Of a stretch of DNA of 64,000 bases, positions 61,009-64,000 are shown in pieces. Each line of letters opens with the position of its first letter. Position 1 is the first letter of the stretch. The notes beneath the pieces are model-generated. The model saw nothing but the letters and a program-made list of their open reading frames with translations, ran no database searches and was not told the DNA's origin. Origin of the DNA: Deltaproteobacteria bacterium. Lineage in GTDB: Bacteria > Myxococcota_A > UBA9160 > UBA4427. Made by a program: the position numbers and the translations under genes. The stretch lies in contig PBFW01000009.1 in the NCBI GenBank assembly GCA_002719955.1, forward strand, positions 299,057 to 363,056, in the 5' to 3' direction.

Positions 61009-62721
61009 ATGGCCGAGTCGATTCCCGTCGAGCACGCCGATGATCACGCGGGTCACGACCACCACGAGATGAGCTTCAGCGAGAAGTATATCTTCCCGGT
61101 GGATCACAAGATGATTGCCATGCAATACATGTTTACGGGCATGTTCATGGCGCTGATCGGCGGCTTCATGGCCTACGCCTTTCGGATGCAGCTGGCCTTT
61201 CCGGGGATGGACGTTCCCGGTTGGGGGGTGGTCTCGCCCGTCGACTACAACTCGCTGGTCACGAACCACGGCACGATCATGATCTTCTGGGTCGCGATGC
61301 CCGTGCTGATCGCGGCCTTCGGCAATTTTCTGATTCCGCTCATGATCGGCGCGGACGACATGGTCTTCCCGAGGATCAATCGTCTCAGCTACCAGATCTT
61401 CTTGCTCTCGGCGATCGTGATCCTCTCGTCGTTCTTCGTCGAAGGCGGCGGGTTCGGTGGGGCGTGGACGGCTTATCCGCCGCTCGCGACCAAGGCGGAG
61501 TACAGCCTGACGGGGCTCGGATCGACGATCTGGATCGTCGCCGTCGCCCTGGAATTCGTGGCCTTCCTGCTCGGTGGGATCAACTTCATCACGACCGCCA
61601 TGAATAGCCGCGCTCCCGGCATGAAGATGTGGGATATCCCGATGGTCGTCTGGATGATCGTGATCGCTTCGATCCTCTTCATGCTCTCGGTCGGCCCGCT
61701 GCTCGCCGGCGGCATCATGATGATCTTCGACCAGCAGCTCGGAACCGCTTTCTTCGACCCTGACAAGGGCGGAGACCCGATTCTCTGGCAGCACCTCTTC
61801 TGGTTCTTCGGCCATCCCGAGGTCTACGTGGTACTCCTGCCCGCGGTCGGCATCACCGCCGAAGTGATCACGGTCTTCGGTCGCAAGAAGCTCTTCGGAT
61901 ACAAGACGATTCTCTATACCGCGATCGGTACGGGCATCCTCTCCTTTACGGTCTGGGCGCATCATCAATTTGTCGCCGGCATCGACCCGCGTATGGCCAA
62001 CGTCTTCACCGTGACGACGCTGCTCATCTCGGTCCCGCTCGCAGAGATGATGTTCGTGTATATCGCGACGCTCTATGGTGGCTCGATCCGCTTGACGACC
62101 CCCATGCTGTGGGGCCTCGCCTTCATCTTCGAGTTCCTGATCGGCGGTGTCACCGGCATCTTCCTGGGTGCTTCGGGCAACGACATCTACATGCACGACA
62201 CCTACTTCGTGCTCACCCATTTCCACTTCACCTTCTATCCGATTGCGATGATCGGGACCTACGCCGGATTCACCTTCTGGTTCCCGAAGATGTTCGGCAA
62301 GATGATGAACGATTCGCTGGGCAAGCTGCATTTCTGGCTGACGATCCTCTCCTTCAATGGGATCTTCCTGCCGCTCTTCGCGCTCGGGGCGGCCGGTCAG
62401 CATCGGCGTATCTACGACTATTCGAATTTTCCGGAACTGGCCCTGCCCTGGATGCAGGATATCCGGCAGTTCTCGACGATTTGTCTGTGCGTGATGATCG
62501 GTGCGCAGCTGATCTTCTTCTACAACGTCTTCAAGAGCCTGATGTCCGGTCCGGCTGCGGGCAAGAATCCCTGGAATTCGAATACCCTCGAGTGGACGAC
62601 GACCTCACCGGCGCCTCATGGCAACTGGCCAGAGGGGCTGCCGACCGTCTACCGCGGACCTTATGAATACAGCCATCCGGATCACGACAAGGATTATTGG
62701 CCGCAGAACGAGCCGGCCTGA
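61009..62721 (+). CDS. ctaD: Cytochrome c oxidase subunit I
   Basis: Haem-copper oxidase signatures: HGTIMIFW, WTAYPPL, WFFGHPEVYVVLLP, HHQF, and HDTYFVLTHFHF. Confidence 0.95.
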   Translation: MAESIPVEHADDHAGHDHHEMSFSEKYIFPVDHKMIAMQYMFTGMFMALIGGFMAYAFRMQLAFPGMDVPGWGVVSPVDYNSLVTNHGTIMIFWVAMPVLIAAFGNFLIPLMIGADDMVFPRINRLSYQIFLLSAIVILSSFFVEGGGFGGAWTAYPPLATKAEYSLTGLGSTIWIVAVALEFVAFLLGGINFITTAMNSRAPGMKMWDIPMVVWMIVIASILFMLSVGPLLAGGIMMIFDQQLGTAFFDPDKGGDPILWQHLFWFFGHPEVYVVLLPAVGITAEVITVFGRKKLFGYKTILYTAIGTGILSFTVWAHHQFVAGIDPRMANVFTVTTLLISVPLAEMMFVYIATLYGGSIRLTTPMLWGLAFIFEFLIGGVTGIFLGASGNDIYMHDTYFVLTHFHFTFYPIAMIGTYAGFTFWFPKMFGKMMNDSLGKLHFWLTILSFNGIFLPLFALGAAGQHRRIYDYSNFPELALPWMQDIRQFSTICLCVMIGAQLIFFYNVFKSLMSGPAAGKNPWNSNTLEWTTTSPAPHGNWPEGLPTVYRGPYEYSHPDHDKDYWPQNEPA

Positions 62722-62879
62722 TCATGTTCGGCCTGCGCGCTCCCCTGGCTGGAGGCGCGCATGGCCTTGATGGGGCCGCATCGGAGGCGGATCCCGAAGA
62801 GCCTGCACGCACGACGCGCGCTGCAAATAGACCGGGACAACCGAATGGGGAGTCCCGAGAGACGAGACGGAGAAAACTC

Positions 62880-63455
62880 ATGTCCGCGAGACCGATAGCT
62901 ACGACGCGAAGCGCCAGCGGGATGCCGACTGCTCGGCTGGCCGTATGGTGGGTGATCGCATCGGAAATCGTGATTTTTGGCGGCCTGCTCGGGTCGTATA
63001 TCATGCACCGCCTCGCCCACGGGATCTGGGCAGATTATGCGGCGAATACGAACCCGTGGATCGGCCTCTTCAATACCTTTGTGTTGCTGACCTCGAGTCT
63101 GTCCGCCGTTCTGGCACACCAGGCCGCCGAGCGGGGTGATGGCCAGCGTGCGGCGAAGCTGCTCTATGCGACCACGGGTGGCGGACTGCTCTTCATCTGC
63201 GTCAAGGCCTTCGAGTGGAGCTACGAGATCAGCCACGGCATGACGATCTCATCGAATACCTTCTGGTCCTTTTACTACACGGCCGCTGGCATCCATGCCG
63301 CACATGTCATCGCGGGCTGCATCATCATGCTCTTCGTCGCCGCGACGGCCAAGAAGAACCTGGAACTCCATCGGGTCGAGGTCATTGGCATCTATTGGCA
63401 TTTCGTCGACGTCGTCTGGATCTTCCTTTTTCCGCTGCTCTATATCGCGAAATGA
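62880..63455 (+). CDS. ctaE: Cytochrome c oxidase subunit III
   Basis: Contains LAVWWVIASEIVIFGGLL..., FWSFYYTAAGIHAAHVIAG, and GIYWHFVDVVWIFLFPLLY. ATG 62880 has a GGAGAA SD. The ORF opens at 62697. Confidence 0.9.
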   Translation: MSARPIATTRSASGMPTARLAVWWVIASEIVIFGGLLGSYIMHRLAHGIWADYAANTNPWIGLFNTFVLLTSSLSAVLAHQAAERGDGQRAAKLLYATTGGGLLFICVKAFEWSYEISHGMTISSNTFWSFYYTAAGIHAAHVIAGCIIMLFVAATAKKNLELHRVEVIGIYWHFVDVVWIFLFPLLYIAK

Positions 63456-63515
63456 GAGCGTCCGTTCATCGTAATTTGGCCGCCCACCCAACGGCGAAGC
63501 ATTCGAGGCAACACA

Positions 63516-63890
63516 ATGAGTGAACACGAAGAACACGGCGATTCCCACTACATCAAGATCTGGGCGATCCTACTGGCCCTGCTGGCCGTTTCATTCGTCG
63601 GTCCGATGGTGGGCATTCAGTGGCTGACCCTGTTGACGGCGTTTGGAATCGCCGTCGTGAAGGCGTATCTCGTCGCCGTCAACTTCATGCATATCAATCT
63701 GACACCACGTTTCGTGATCTATACGGTCGCGACGACCCTCGTCTTCATGCTTCTCTTCTTCGCGGGGGCTGCGCCCGATGTCATGAAGGCCAGCGGCCAG
63801 CATTGGCAGAAGCCTGCCTGGATCGAGGCCGAGCGCGTCTGGGCGGCCGGTGAAGTCAGCGGAGAAAATGCCCACGGCGAGCATCACTGA
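63516..63890 (+). CDS. Cytochrome c oxidase subunit IV (prokaryotic COX4 family)
   Basis: YIKIWAILLALLAVSFVG...IAVVKAYLVAVNFMHI is typical of the small bacterial subunit IV. It is last in the oxidase gene order. Confidence 0.85.
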   Translation: MSEHEEHGDSHYIKIWAILLALLAVSFVGPMVGIQWLTLLTAFGIAVVKAYLVAVNFMHINLTPRFVIYTVATTLVFMLLFFAGAAPDVMKASGQHWQKPAWIEAERVWAAGEVSGENAHGEHH

Positions 63891-64000
63891 TCGCGGTCGC
63901 TTGCTTTTCGGCGACTGGTATCGATAAACCCGACGCGCTCGACCAAGCCCGGCTGAACCCGACCAGAGGAATGAGCTTGGACAGCACTGCCCCCATCCAT

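Noticed and set aside
63891-64000. Weak stem (GTCGC...GCGAC) after the subunit IV stop, as a possible terminator.
   Set aside because: The stem is only 5 bp and has no U-tract. It is too weak to call, and the window ends shortly after.

Overview
This is a high-GC bacterial chromosomal segment, densely coded on both strands, with about 55 protein genes. I saw no rRNA, tRNA, CRISPR array, transposase or integrase. Many long ORFs in the six-frame track are antisense shadows typical of high-GC DNA. I called genes only where the translation shows recognisable family motifs or plausible membrane or secreted-protein features.

The content is mostly housekeeping and envelope functions:
- Envelope and stress: S51 peptidase, GFA and VOC proteins, rhomboid protease plus a DUF4097 protein, NUDIX hydrolase, PBP1A, and a large flippase-like/sulfatase-like fusion protein.
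- Regulation: a soluble histidine kinase and a sigma54-dependent response regulator.
- Metabolism: GshB, Ogt, a Cys/Met PLP enzyme, LOG, Aat, a GST-like protein, a double-domain family III CoA-transferase, an F420/LLM oxidoreductase, MsrB, GpsA, a P450, a double hotdog thioesterase and an HD hydrolase.
- Transport and secreted proteins: FeoAB with a Fur-box-like site, a DMT transporter and Tat-dependent PhoD.
- Translation and DNA: a serS-selB pair, and an Lhr helicase flanked by two APH-fold kinase-like genes.
- Respiration: an aa3-type cytochrome c oxidase cluster (DUF420, dihaem cytochrome c, subunits II, I, III, IV).

The most unusual element is a tightly coupled seven-gene operon (about 32.2-39.8 kb). 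It encodes only complex-I membrane-arm homologues (NuoA/H/J/K/L/M/N-like) and has no NuoB/C/D/I or E/F/G genes. Most canonical proton-pathway Glu and Lys residues are substituted, yet every reading frame is intact.

Several decayed genes are also present: a GFA paralogue, a HAD remnant and a membrane-anchored redoxin. All functional calls rest on by-eye motif recognition. No database search was run.
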